A stretch of 64,000 nt of DNA, taken from the NCBI GenBank assembly GCA_963664815.2, contig CAXXHB010000003.1, positions 1,856,001-1,920,000 on the forward strand, written 5' to 3'. This document shows, one piece after another, positions 48,628-59,118 of the stretch. Under the pieces are notes generated by a model. The model was not told the DNA's origin, did not search any database, and saw only the letters and a program-made list of their open reading frames with translations. How positions within the stretch are numbered: the first letter of the stretch is position 1; the number at the start of each line of letters is the position of its first letter. A program made the translations under genes and the position numbers. The stretch is from Spirochaetota bacterium (GTDB taxonomy: Bacteria; Spirochaetota; UBA4802; UBA5550).

Positions 48628-50973
48628 ATGCCAGAATTATCCAATAAGACTAAGCAGATAACAATTGTTGGTGCCGGATCCTGGGGGACATCAATTGGTA
48701 AAGTTATTGCCGAGAATAATCCTGGTACGATAGTAAAAATGTGGTCGTATGAAAAATCAACTGCTAATTCAATTAATATTAAAAATCAGAATAGCGAATT
48801 TCTTCCCGGGATAAAACTACCATATAATATAAAAGCAACAACGCATTTACGCGAGTCACTACTTAACACTGATGGTGTAATAATCGCCACTCCTTCAAAA
48901 GTGACACCAGACACAATAGTGAAAATATCAAAAATTTTAAAAGATGATATACCTTTAGCTTATCTCACAAAGGGATTTTGCAGAATCAATGATGATATAT
49001 TGACTATATCACAGACAATTTCAAGATTATTTCCGGAATATATGGATAGAGTGGTCTGTATATCCGGTCCAAGTCATGCTGAAGAAGTGGTAAAATATTT
49101 TCATACTACATTATGTGTTGCAGGTAAACTGGAAAGGGATAGAGAATTCTTTTCAGAATTGCTGAATTGTTATTATCTTCAATGCAGAAAAACAGAAGAT
49201 ATAATTGGAGTTGAACTGGGTGGTACTCTGAAAAATCCTGCTGCAATTGCTGCAGGAATGATAAATAAACTTCCGGGATGCGGAGATAATCTTGAAGGGG
49301 CACTGATCGCTGAATCATTAAAAGAGATGATCAGACTGGGGAAGTTTTTAGGAGCAAAAACCGAAACGATTATTGATATTTCAGGAACTGGAGACCTGGT
49401 TGCAACAGCTTTAAGTGATCATAGCAGAAACAGGAGATTCGGAAAAGAAATTGCAAAACAGATACTGGAAAAAGGTCAAATTCTTACTTTTACAGATAAG
49501 ATTTATCTGCGTTTTAAACCTGAATATGTTCTTGAAAAAATGAGTAAAAAGTTCCATTACCTGGCAGAAGGCGCATACGCTATTGAACCTCTGATTGAAC
49601 TTGCTGATAGAAATAATATTTCAATACCTGTTTATAGATCACTTTATGAAGTTTTATTAAATAAAAAAGAACCATCTCTTCTGATTAACACAATAAAAAA
49701 TCCTGATAAATTTGATGAAATATATAACAATGCCAAAATTCATGTGAAAGATAAGAAAAAGGGCCTTGAAAAACTCAGAGGAAAAGCTTTTAAAAAAATA
49801 ATATTAAACCAATTAATGACTAAGCTGAAAAAAGATGATTCTGCACAGGGTGATTTAAGAGAGATTGTAATAAATAATTTTAAAAGTATTCTTGATGAAA
49901 ATAAAATTAAAAATGTTTATCTGCTAAAAAATGAGATCAAACTGATTTCAGAATTTACCCAGAAAAATAATGATAAGGTTTTAAAGAAATTAATAAAAAT
50001 CTATCTGAAAGAAACCATGGATAATTATAATCCGATTGCCTATAGACTTTTTATCAAATTATTAAGCTTCAGGTTTTACTGGAAAAAAATTACAGGAAAG
50101 AGTAATCGAATTACTATAACCGGTGATCTTGATAATCTCCATAGTTTAAGAAATAATGTAAATACTATTTATACCGCCAGGTATAAAAACCTGAACGATT
50201 TTATTTACTATTCTTACAGTATCAATAAATACACCCTCCCTGTCCCAAGATTTTATGTACCATCAGAAATTATCAATTCAATATTCATGAAGCATGCTTT
50301 AAGAAATTGTGGAGGATTTATAATTCACCAATCTAAGTTAAATAATATGCTTTATCTTGAATGTATTATGGAATATCTTTCAATATTAACAGCCCACGGT
50401 GTACCTTTTTTATATTTTCCTGAACTGCAGGATCTGGAATCTGAATTTAATACTCAAAATAAAAAATTTTTCAGTATGCTGAATAAAGTGATGTTTAAAG
50501 AAAATACTGAAGTTGTTCTAATTCCTTCAGAAATATCATATAAAAATAAGCTTGATGAATCTGAAGTTAAAGAACCGTTTACTGAACCTGTAAATATTAA
50601 TTTTTCCTCACCTGTTTTTCTTTCAGATTATACCAGTAAGTCTAATCTGCAAATCTCAATTTCTGAATTAATACATAAGATCTGGACATTTGATGAAATT
50701 ATACATCCTTACCATATTATTTGTGGAATATTGACTGAAAATAATTTTATAATAAAATCATCAAGATTGAAGAAAACAATAAGTAAATATATTAATGATA
50801 ATAGAATAATAATGAGTAAATCCGATAAAGCCATAATGAATGACGGTTTAAAATTTCTGCAAAAAAACTCAATTATAATTAAAAATAACGATGTCTATAT
50901 CGGACTAAAGCATGATATTATAAAAAAATATGCGGAAATAATTACAATAAAAAATACAATAAAGTTTACATGA
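48628..50973 (+). CDS. gpsA: NAD(P)H-dependent glycerol-3-phosphate dehydrogenase fused to a degenerate PlsB-type acyltransferase-like domain
   Basis: N-terminus: VGAGSWGT, TKG, SGPSHAEEV, GVELGGTLKN..AIAAG, GTGDL.AT....SRNR.FG, AEG. C-terminus: LRNCGGFII, GVPFLYFPE, VVLIPSEISY, INFSSPVFLSDY. Confidence 0.85.
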   Translation: MPELSNKTKQITIVGAGSWGTSIGKVIAENNPGTIVKMWSYEKSTANSINIKNQNSEFLPGIKLPYNIKATTHLRESLLNTDGVIIATPSKVTPDTIVKISKILKDDIPLAYLTKGFCRINDDILTISQTISRLFPEYMDRVVCISGPSHAEEVVKYFHTTLCVAGKLERDREFFSELLNCYYLQCRKTEDIIGVELGGTLKNPAAIAAGMINKLPGCGDNLEGALIAESLKEMIRLGKFLGAKTETIIDISGTGDLVATALSDHSRNRRFGKEIAKQILEKGQILTFTDKIYLRFKPEYVLEKMSKKFHYLAEGAYAIEPLIELADRNNISIPVYRSLYEVLLNKKEPSLLINTIKNPDKFDEIYNNAKIHVKDKKKGLEKLRGKAFKKIILNQLMTKLKKDDSAQGDLREIVINNFKSILDENKIKNVYLLKNEIKLISEFTQKNNDKVLKKLIKIYLKETMDNYNPIAYRLFIKLLSFRFYWKKITGKSNRITITGDLDNLHSLRNNVNTIYTARYKNLNDFIYYSYSINKYTLPVPRFYVPSEIINSIFMKHALRNCGGFIIHQSKLNNMLYLECIMEYLSILTAHGVPFLYFPELQDLESEFNTQNKKFFSMLNKVMFKENTEVVLIPSEISYKNKLDESEVKEPFTEPVNINFSSPVFLSDYTSKSNLQISISELIHKIWTFDEIIHPYHIICGILTENNFIIKSSRLKKTISKYINDNRIIMSKSDKAIMNDGLKFLQKNSIIIKNNDVYIGLKHDIIKKYAEIITIKNTIKFT

Positions 50974-50995
50974 TTAAGATTATATTTAAAAACAT

Positions 50996-51913
50996 CTATG
51001 AGTTATTTATTAAATAAAGTTTTTCGAAAATATCATAAATTGACTGTTCGGCTTCAAGGTTAATCTTCAAACATTGATATTGCAATATTATTCCTTTAAA
51101 ATTGAAATCTATTGTTTTAAGTTTATCCGGAACGGTGTTATTAATTTCATGTGAAATACCAGATTTTGACAATATCAGGTATCTTGACAGTGATAATCTG
51201 AATATCTGTGAGTTGTTTTCAAATGTTTCATTTAATTTTTTATATATTGTATCTGAGAGTTCAATTATTATTTCCAGACCGGTTTTTAAAAAGAAATCAT
51301 ATATGTTTTCAAATTTAAACAGATAACATTCTAAACCGTTGGAAATATTTTCTGAAAAAAAGCTAAATAATCCGGTTTCTGTTTCTTCAAATAAATCGTT
51401 AAAAACTGAATCATGGGATTTATCAGTACATCTGATTATCTCCATAATAATATCCGCAAGCATGTGAAATTTACTTGGTTTATATAATTCTGATTCTGTA
51501 ATAGTCAAAATTATATAAGTACTATTTTGAATTTCCATGGATTCATATAGTAATCTGAATTTATCACTATTGATTTTTATTTTTTCAATATCTTTATAAA
51601 AACTTCTGTCACTTTCAATTAAATAATTAAATTCTTTATAGATGTTTTCATCACCAGCATATTCTATTACTTCTATATTATCAGATTTATTTACAAACAA
51701 TACAGTAAAATCAGAAAAATTATTAACGTTGAAGGTGATCAGAAAGCTTTTAATTATATTGTGACTTTCACAAGTTTTCAATATTTTTGAGTTGTAATGT
51801 ATTGCTTCAATTTTCTGCAATAATAATTCGGGTTTATCCAGGTTTGTATTATCATCCAGGATAGCATTTTTCATTTCAATAAGTTCAGCAAGTAATTCTT
51901 CTCTTGTAGTCAT
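50996..51913 (-). CDS. Hypothetical protein (C-terminus possibly degenerate GGDEF-like)
   Basis: 305-aa ORF 3 nt downstream of folC. Confidence 0.65.
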   Translation of the reverse strand: MTTREELLAELIEMKNAILDDNTNLDKPELLLQKIEAIHYNSKILKTCESHNIIKSFLITFNVNNFSDFTVLFVNKSDNIEVIEYAGDENIYKEFNYLIESDRSFYKDIEKIKINSDKFRLLYESMEIQNSTYIILTITESELYKPSKFHMLADIIMEIIRCTDKSHDSVFNDLFEETETGLFSFFSENISNGLECYLFKFENIYDFFLKTGLEIIIELSDTIYKKLNETFENNSQIFRLSLSRYLILSKSGISHEINNTVPDKLKTIDFNFKGIILQYQCLKINLEAEQSIYDIFEKLYLINNS

Positions 51914-51916
51914 AAT

Positions 51917-53194
51917 TTATCCTGAAGATCCATTTTTATTATTAAATTGTTTAACAATATTAATCGCTGAATTGTAAATTCTAAATGTGCCTGTGAAAAT
52001 AATCATTGTATCATTAGTAGTTTTTTTTAAAATATCAATGATAATATTATCATTATTTACTAATAATGCAAATTCTCCACTCTCGGGAATATAGGCTCTT
52101 TCATCATTGAGAAGATAAAATATAGTTTTTTTATTTTTAAAAAGATTGAGTGTACTACTGTCTGCCTTATCTCTCATCATTGATATTATATACGTTTTAC
52201 TTTTTTCTGAGTAAAATTCATCCAGACCATCTATAAGATTCTTTATAGCATTAAAATTATGAGCCGGATCATAAACAATCAGCGGATTTAAATTAAGAGT
52301 CTGGAATCTTCCCGGTACACTCAATATTTCCAGTTCATTGTAAATTATATCGTCTGCAATACCAGGGAAACCATTTTGTTTCAGAAATGATAATGAAGCC
52401 AATACTACAGATGTATTTTTTATCTGATGAATAGGAAAAAGCTTAAGCTTAATATCGTAGAGACTATATTCTTCTGATTTATAATTAAAAATAAAATGAT
52501 TATTCTCCCATCGTATAGATTGTGCTGAAAAGTTTATATTGTATGCATATAGTCTGGATTTTTTTTCTTTTATATGATTTTTTATAATATTTAAAACTTC
52601 AGAATCAATGTTGGAAGTAATTACAGGTATACCTTTTTTGATTATACCACATTTTTCATTTGTAATATCTTCAATAGAATTACCAAGGACATTCGTATGA
52701 TCAATTGAAATGTCTGTTAATATTGATAATTCCGGTGTTATTATATTTGTAGAATCCAGTCTTCCACCAAGACCTGTTTCAATTACTGCAATATCAACAT
52801 TCTCATCATTAAAATAATTTAATGCTACTGCTGTCAATATATCAAAATATGTTGGCATTAGTTTATATTCTTCAACAACAGAATCGATAAAACTTATATG
52901 TTTTAATAGTAACGAATCGGTAATATCTATCAGATTTATCTTAATTCTTTCATTAATTTTAATCAGATGAGGTGAAGTGTATAGTCCGGTTTTATACCCA
53001 GATTTTTTTAAAATTGATGAGAGCATAAAAGCAGTAGACCCTTTACCATTTGTTCCTGCAATATGTATTGTTTTAAATTTTTTATGAGGATTCTGAAGAT
53101 AATGTAATAATTCAGATACATCTCTTAGTGTATAATTGGAAATATTTCCTGTTTTTTCATTATTCAGATATTTTTTTAGTATTTCATTAATCAT
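51917..53194 (-). CDS. folC: Folylpolyglutamate synthase / dihydrofolate synthase
   Basis: IHIAGTNGKGS, GLYTSPHL..INERI, ETGLGGRLDSTN, DHT.VLG, EK.GI, PGRF, D.AHN. Confidence 0.95.
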   Translation of the reverse strand: MINEILKKYLNNEKTGNISNYTLRDVSELLHYLQNPHKKFKTIHIAGTNGKGSTAFMLSSILKKSGYKTGLYTSPHLIKINERIKINLIDITDSLLLKHISFIDSVVEEYKLMPTYFDILTAVALNYFNDENVDIAVIETGLGGRLDSTNIITPELSILTDISIDHTNVLGNSIEDITNEKCGIIKKGIPVITSNIDSEVLNIIKNHIKEKKSRLYAYNINFSAQSIRWENNHFIFNYKSEEYSLYDIKLKLFPIHQIKNTSVVLASLSFLKQNGFPGIADDIIYNELEILSVPGRFQTLNLNPLIVYDPAHNFNAIKNLIDGLDEFYSEKSKTYIISMMRDKADSSTLNLFKNKKTIFYLLNDERAYIPESGEFALLVNNDNIIIDILKKTTNDTMIIFTGTFRIYNSAINIVKQFNNKNGSSG

Positions 53195-53461
53195 AATATT
53201 TTAAATATTTATTGAATTTTAAATTATCTATATTTACTGAGTATTTATGAAATATTAATATTAGAAATTTTATTGTTATATTATTTATTTAACAGTAATG
53301 ATTCCTGAATTTTTAATAAAGAATTTTATTCTCTCGTACAAATTCCGTACCGGAAGATATAATAGTTTATTTAGTACTGAAATATACTTTAAAGAATTAA
53401 CATTGTTTATTTAAACAATAATTACCGAAAGGATATTATTTATTAATAACGGAGATTGTAA

Positions 53462-54388
53462 ATGAAAAATATAGGCATTATTATAAATCCTAATGCAAAA
53501 AAATTCAGAACAGGGAAAGCCTCAATTGATCAATATATGAATTTAAAGACAGAGAATGTTTTTGTTAGTGCACCAAAGAATTTAATCGAACTTAAAGAAA
53601 CAGCAAAAACATTTAAAAAAATGCATCCTGATTATCTTTGTATAGGCGGTGGAGATGGAACTATTCAACTTGTATTAACAGAGCTATTAAATGAATTTTA
53701 TCCTGATCCGATTCCTCCAGTTCTTATTCTGAGAGAAGGCACAATGAATAATATTGCGAGGTCCGTAAATTTAAAGGGGAGGGGCCCGGCTTTATTAAAA
53801 AAAATGATACAAAAGATAAAAGAAGGAAAGGATATAGAATTTGAAGAACGTTTTACAATAAAAGTATCAAACAGTTATTGTTTTCTTTTTGGGACAGGTT
53901 TTGTGACTAATTTTCTTAATAAAGCATATTCTGGTAAAGAAAAAGGTTTAAAAAGGAATCTTCAGGTTGCCCTTATGTGTATATGTGATTCATTTAGAAA
54001 AAATGAAGATTGTGAAATTTTTAAATTAACTGAACAGGCTGTTTTTGTTGATGGGAAAAGAATTCTGATTAATCCTGTGTCTGGAATTCTTGCAGGTACA
54101 GTTGAGCATATTGGAATGGGATTTTCTCCGTTAATTGACGCAGTCCAACCTAATGGTAAATTTCAGATTATTGTTATTGGTATGAATCCAGCTGTAATTG
54201 TAAAATCACTAAATAAACTCAGAACAGGAAAAAAAATTAAATCTCCAAAGTATTTAAATATAACCGGAAAGACCTTAAAAATTAAGCAGAAAGGAATTTT
54301 TGAATATACTATGGATGGTGAATTATATAATACGGAAAATGAATTGATAATTTCAATCGGTCCTAAAGTAACGCTTGTGAAAATTTAA
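53462..54388 (+). CDS. Diacylglycerol/lipid kinase family protein (YegS/DgkB-like)
   Basis: IINPNA, GGGDGT, EGTMNNIARS, MDGE. Confidence 0.88.
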   Translation: MKNIGIIINPNAKKFRTGKASIDQYMNLKTENVFVSAPKNLIELKETAKTFKKMHPDYLCIGGGDGTIQLVLTELLNEFYPDPIPPVLILREGTMNNIARSVNLKGRGPALLKKMIQKIKEGKDIEFEERFTIKVSNSYCFLFGTGFVTNFLNKAYSGKEKGLKRNLQVALMCICDSFRKNEDCEIFKLTEQAVFVDGKRILINPVSGILAGTVEHIGMGFSPLIDAVQPNGKFQIIVIGMNPAVIVKSLNKLRTGKKIKSPKYLNITGKTLKIKQKGIFEYTMDGELYNTENELIISIGPKVTLVKI

Positions 54389-56096
54389 TTAAAAAATAAA
54401 AAACAATCATTATGAAATAATTAAAATCAATTATAAATTCATATCTTAATGAAATAAGATAGTCTGTTTTCTGTATTTTTTTCAGTAATAATAAATAATA
54501 GACAATACATAACAGCAGAATAAGAAAAACAGATTTCCCGGATATGATGGATATAAAGGTAAAAGCAGAAGCACCTAATGCTGTAATAATGTAGGATATA
54601 ATAATAACATTTTTTACACCAAGCCATGTTGGTAATGTATCTCTACCCAGTATAAGATCTCCCTGAAATGCCACAAAATCAACAATAAGGTGTCTGATAA
54701 AGACAAATATGAAAAAAAACAGACTGGCTGAAAGATATAACGTCCATGATACTCCATTATTAAAATATGGTATTACTATAACAGCTACAAGCCATCCAAG
54801 TCCTGTAACAATCTTTGTGTTATAAATTTTTTTTAAAAAATTAAAATTAATATTTTTTACAATCTTTTTAATTGTTGGAGTTGAGTATATTAAACCAAGT
54901 ATGTATGGAATAAGTATTAATAAAGCCAGAGATATTGATATTTCAACAGCAAGATATAATGAAACAACAAACGATACTATAGAAAGGAACAAAAGATGGG
55001 ATCCATATTTATCGTAAATCTTGTATTTATATGAATTACTTTTAATTAAAAAATCTCGATCAAGATAATTATTAACGGAATACATTACAAAAATAAAAAG
55101 TGCAGAAATTATTCCATATCGAATGTCAAATGAAATATCAGCATACAGCTGTGCAAGTAATACCATAAAAATTGTGGCGATTGAGGAAACAATATTGCTA
55201 CGCACTAATATTTCGATATAATGCTTTATCGTCTTAATAAAAAAATTACTTCTTTCATTTTTAATTATATAAAGCTTTTCCAGAACGTTGTTAATTATCC
55301 ATCCAGGAGTTGAAGCACCAGCTGTTACTAAAACATATTTGCTGGTTTTAAAATCATCTTTGTTTAATTCGATATCAGTTTCAATATGAAATGTCTTTAT
55401 TCCGTTATCCAGTCCTATTTTCATGAGGCGGGATGTATTGGCTGAATTCTTTCCACCTACAACAACGAGTGTATCTATCCCTTTTTTAATTCCGTTTTTA
55501 ACATCATCCTGTCTTAACCTTGTAGAATCACATATTGTGTCTATCACATATATATTTTTTATTTTCCTCGATATTTCAAATACAAGCTGTTCAAACTGGT
55601 TTCTTTCATGAGTAGTCTGTGATACAATAATATATTTTTCCGCTTCAGGTATGTTTTCAATCATAGGTAAGTCAGATACAACACAGACTCCTGCGCGGGC
55701 ATAACTTTTCAATCCTATAACTTCTGCATGATCTTTGTCACCGATTATAATGGTGTAATAACCTTCACCGGAATATTTTTTTATAATGGATTGTACTCTT
55801 GCTACTCTGGAACAGGTAAGGTTTATAGTTCTTAATGCGTCTTTTCTTATTCTTTGATTTTCATCAACAGGTATTCCATGAGTTCTGATTGCTATTTGTC
55901 TGCCTTTCAAATTTTCAAGAGAGTTTATGGTAATCAATCCTCTGTTTTTTAAAACATCTATTGTTTGAGGATTATGTATCAGCGGCCCATACATGTAAAT
56001 TTTGTCTTCAGATGAATTAAGTTCGTTTACAATTCTAAGTATGGCCTTTCTGACACCCATGCAGAAGCCTGAGTTTTTTGCCATCTCAATTTTCAT
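54363..56096 (-). CDS. ispH: 4-hydroxy-3-methylbut-2-enyl diphosphate reductase fused to a UbiA-like prenyltransferase membrane domain
   Basis: GFCMGV, LIHNP, RTHG, TC, HAEV, SQTT, DTIC..T..RQ, VGGKNSANT, TAGASTP; then multiple TM helices with NNYLD and D....GD...GRDTLP. Start MKIEMAK (56096) preferred. Confidence 0.9.
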   Translation of the reverse strand: MKIEMAKNSGFCMGVRKAILRIVNELNSSEDKIYMYGPLIHNPQTIDVLKNRGLITINSLENLKGRQIAIRTHGIPVDENQRIRKDALRTINLTCSRVARVQSIIKKYSGEGYYTIIIGDKDHAEVIGLKSYARAGVCVVSDLPMIENIPEAEKYIIVSQTTHERNQFEQLVFEISRKIKNIYVIDTICDSTRLRQDDVKNGIKKGIDTLVVVGGKNSANTSRLMKIGLDNGIKTFHIETDIELNKDDFKTSKYVLVTAGASTPGWIINNVLEKLYIIKNERSNFFIKTIKHYIEILVRSNIVSSIATIFMVLLAQLYADISFDIRYGIISALFIFVMYSVNNYLDRDFLIKSNSYKYKIYDKYGSHLLFLSIVSFVVSLYLAVEISISLALLILIPYILGLIYSTPTIKKIVKNINFNFLKKIYNTKIVTGLGWLVAVIVIPYFNNGVSWTLYLSASLFFFIFVFIRHLIVDFVAFQGDLILGRDTLPTWLGVKNVIIISYIITALGASAFTFISIISGKSVFLILLLCIVYYLLLLKKIQKTDYLISLRYEFIIDFNYFIMIVFYFLIKFSQALL

Positions 56097-56961
56097 TTTT
56101 AGCCGCACTAACAAGTTTCAACTCAGGTTTTCCAATTGTTCCTTTAATTGTGACTGAGAGAATGTTATTTTTTATAAATGAAGAAAGTAAATCCTGATAT
56201 TGTTCCAGAACAGCAGAAGAGGAATCAATATTAATCAGCAGATCAATTTTTGAATTGTTTTTTATTTCTGATAATTCTATATTCCCGTTAATATCACATA
56301 ATATATCATTACCCGTAATTTTAAAATTATTGAATTTCAATATATGATTGGAAACTGTGGCATCAATACTTCCACTCTGAATATTTAAAAAATCAATTTT
56401 TAGTGGAAGCGGACCAAGAGGTCCGGGGATATTTATTTTATTTAGCTTTATATTTACATCACTTAAAATTATTTTTACCAAACCATTTTCTGGAAGGTTA
56501 TTTTGTTTGTTAAAAACAAGATCCGTATTACCGTTTATATTTAATATTACTTCGAAATCTTTATTCACATATTTTAAAGAATCGAACTGAATATCAGATT
56601 TAAATTTGTTATTAAATAAAAAGGCATTGAATGATATGTTAATGATAGAATTTTTAAATGTTATTTCACTATTATCATTTAAAACTATCATAAAATCATT
56701 AATATATGTTTCTCTGAAGATACTAAAATCAAGACTGGGGATATCAATCACTTTAAACGCTTTTCCTTCAAGGTCGTATATCTTTTTTTTAATCAGAAAA
56801 TCGTAAGGAAATGTAATAACAAAAAATAAGAATAAAAATAATAATGATAATAATAGATATTTACCTGAATGAGGTAAATTGTATATAGTTATTAGTATAT
56901 GCTTAAATCTTGAAGGTGATGTCCTGATAAATTCTACTATTTTTTCTTTATTAATTTTCAT
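56086..56961 (-). CDS. gspN: Type II secretion system protein N (putative)
   Basis: Last gene of the gsp run; N-terminal TM followed by TFPYD; C-terminal I.GTIG.P. Confidence 0.7.
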   Translation of the reverse strand: MKINKEKIVEFIRTSPSRFKHILITIYNLPHSGKYLLLSLLFLFLFFVITFPYDFLIKKKIYDLEGKAFKVIDIPSLDFSIFRETYINDFMIVLNDNSEITFKNSIINISFNAFLFNNKFKSDIQFDSLKYVNKDFEVILNINGNTDLVFNKQNNLPENGLVKIILSDVNIKLNKINIPGPLGPLPLKIDFLNIQSGSIDATVSNHILKFNNFKITGNDILCDINGNIELSEIKNNSKIDLLINIDSSSAVLEQYQDLLSSFIKNNILSVTIKGTIGKPELKLVSAAKNEN

Positions 56962-56970
56962 CAGATTTTA

Positions 56971-57495
56971 TTATCTCTTGCTTAAACTGACAATTGTTAT
57001 AACAGAATCATACCTGCTTCTTTCCTTAATCCCGGAAAAAATAACAAGGCTTTGAATTTTTAATGGTGTATTTGAGTTTTCCAGTTTGTTAATAAATTCC
57101 AGCAAAGCTTTAATAGTGATCCCTTCGAATTTAATTTCTGTTGTCATTTTTTGAAAACCATTCTGTACAACTCCAGGGTTTTCTTTTAAATAGACTTTAT
57201 TACTTATTATTTTAAGATTTAAAGCTATATCATCAACCATAGCACCTATACCGCTGTTTGATGATACAACAGAATTAAGTTTGTTTTTTTCTGATATTAT
57301 ATCTTTGTAATCAGAATATAGTTCATCAAGTTTGACTATTTTAAGCCGGTTTTTATTATATATATTATCTGAATTTTCTTTTAATTCTATTATTGGAGAA
57401 ATTAAAAAATAGTAAATAAATCCGGTTATCAATATCCCGGCAAGTACAAATAATAATTTTTTCTCTCTATTGTTCAGATTTATCATTTTTATCAC
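56971..57495 (-). CDS. gspM: Type II secretion system protein M (putative)
   Basis: LNNREKKLL + TM + coiled coil + EIKFEGI....L.EFI..LE; position after gspL. Confidence 0.8.
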   Translation of the reverse strand: MIKMINLNNREKKLLFVLAGILITGFIYYFLISPIIELKENSDNIYNKNRLKIVKLDELYSDYKDIISEKNKLNSVVSSNSGIGAMVDDIALNLKIISNKVYLKENPGVVQNGFQKMTTEIKFEGITIKALLEFINKLENSNTPLKIQSLVIFSGIKERSRYDSVITIVSLSKR

Positions 57496-59100
57496 TTAAA
57501 TTTTCTGTTTTATTGACATTGTAAATAAACTTCTACTGTTACTGGTGTCTCTTATATTAATTGTAATACTTTCAAATTCACCGGAATTGAGCAAGCTTTT
57601 CTTAAATTCTTCAAGATCTGACGTTTTTCTTGTTTCTCCATCTATAACCATACTCTTACCATCATAGTTGATTTTTTTTATGTCAAAACCTTCAGCTCCG
57701 GAAAAATTTTTTATTACAAGATTAAGTAAAGGAAGAAAAAGAGTCTCTTCTCCAAGCATTTCTTTTAAAACAGAAAGTTCTTTCTTTTCCTTTAATAATA
57801 TACTAGTAGCATCTTTTACAGGATCTTTTGATACCGTCTGTGTGTTAAAATATTTTTTATATTTCTGCTGAAGTATACTGTCCGTATAATTATTACTTTT
57901 AATTACAAAAAAAACCATGTTTAAGATATTTATTAAAAGAAAAAATGCAGATAGTGAGGCAAAAAAGATAGCCAGATAATACTTTTTAATTATATTATTA
58001 CCGGAATCAGGAATAAAATCACCTTTTAAAAAATTTATTGATGATGAGAGATTATTCATATAAACGAGTAAATTACCAAGACATACTGAAAATCTGCTTC
58101 TGATGTTTACATCCAGATATCCATTTAAAAATGGCATGAAAACTACGGGTATCCCGGATGTATCCTGAATAATTTTTGATACCCCTTTTATATTGGCCCC
58201 ACCACCTGTGATGATTATCCTGCCGAAGTTTGAATAATCAGAATATTCTCCACTTGCTTTAATTGTAAAAGCAATTTCATTTAGTATTACTGATATTAGA
58301 TCATTAGCCTCAAGATAAATTGATTTTAATTTTTGTTTACTTATACTTAAGTTTTTATAATTATCTGATTTAAGGTTTAATTCATACGAAGAGATGTCGA
58401 GATCCAATGATTCCATTATTTTTTGAGCACTGGATAATGGTATATTTAATATATCAGAAATTTTTTCAACAAGTTTACCCATACCTGAAGAAACGGCACG
58501 AGTATACATCAGCCTGTTGTTTTTTACAACATTAACAACTGTTTTTCTGTTTCCCAGATCTATCTGGATTATAGTTTCATCATTTACTGAATTGAAATAT
58601 TCATAGCACTTTAACAATGAATTAGATTCAATACCTGCATAAACCGGATGAAGACCAAATTTATTAAATATATCAATAATATTTCTCAGAAAATCATTAT
58701 TTACTGCCGCAAAAATTACACTTCTACTTCCTGAATCATCATCGGTTATAGTCTGAAAATCAATCGATACCATATCAACAGGATAAGGTATACTTTCTTC
58801 AGCTTCATATGGCAGAACTTCCCTGATTTTTTTAATGTCATTAAACGGGAAACGTATATTACGCAGTAATAATCTATCTACAGGTAAAGAAGTAACGATT
58901 TTAAAATCTGACAGGTCCTCTTTTTCAAAGATATTATGAAGTGCACTTTCAACTGCAGAAATATAATCTTTACTGTACATATCTGTATCAATGAATTCAA
59001 TTGCAGTTGAAATCATTTCGAACTTTTTAAATCCTCTTTTTACTTTAATTAATTTAATTGAGGATGTTCCAATATCTATTGAGGCAATATTATCAAACAA
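57496..59100 (-). CDS. gspL: Type II secretion system protein L (PilM-like actin-fold domain + TM + PilN-like domain)
   Basis: IDIGTSSIK, R.I.FPF....KI...LPYE.E, IDLG...T, IIITGGGANIKG, INFL.G, TM, then IDGE......EEFK..L; TTG start after GGAG. Confidence 0.8.
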   Translation of the reverse strand: MFDNIASIDIGTSSIKLIKVKRGFKKFEMISTAIEFIDTDMYSKDYISAVESALHNIFEKEDLSDFKIVTSLPVDRLLLRNIRFPFNDIKKIREVLPYEAEESIPYPVDMVSIDFQTITDDDSGSRSVIFAAVNNDFLRNIIDIFNKFGLHPVYAGIESNSLLKCYEYFNSVNDETIIQIDLGNRKTVVNVVKNNRLMYTRAVSSGMGKLVEKISDILNIPLSSAQKIMESLDLDISSYELNLKSDNYKNLSISKQKLKSIYLEANDLISVILNEIAFTIKASGEYSDYSNFGRIIITGGGANIKGVSKIIQDTSGIPVVFMPFLNGYLDVNIRSRFSVCLGNLLVYMNNLSSSINFLKGDFIPDSGNNIIKKYYLAIFFASLSAFFLLINILNMVFFVIKSNNYTDSILQQKYKKYFNTQTVSKDPVKDATSILLKEKKELSVLKEMLGEETLFLPLLNLVIKNFSGAEGFDIKKINYDGKSMVIDGETRKTSDLEEFKKSLLNSGEFESITINIRDTSNSRSLFTMSIKQKI

Positions 59101-59118
59101 AACAAAACTCCATGTCTT

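Noticed and set aside
57496-59100. PilM-like gene as evidence for a type IV pilus locus
   Set aside because: The gene order E-F-G-H-I-J-K-L-M-N, with a typical GspG and GspK, indicates T2SS; a PilM-like cytoplasmic domain is homologous to GspL.
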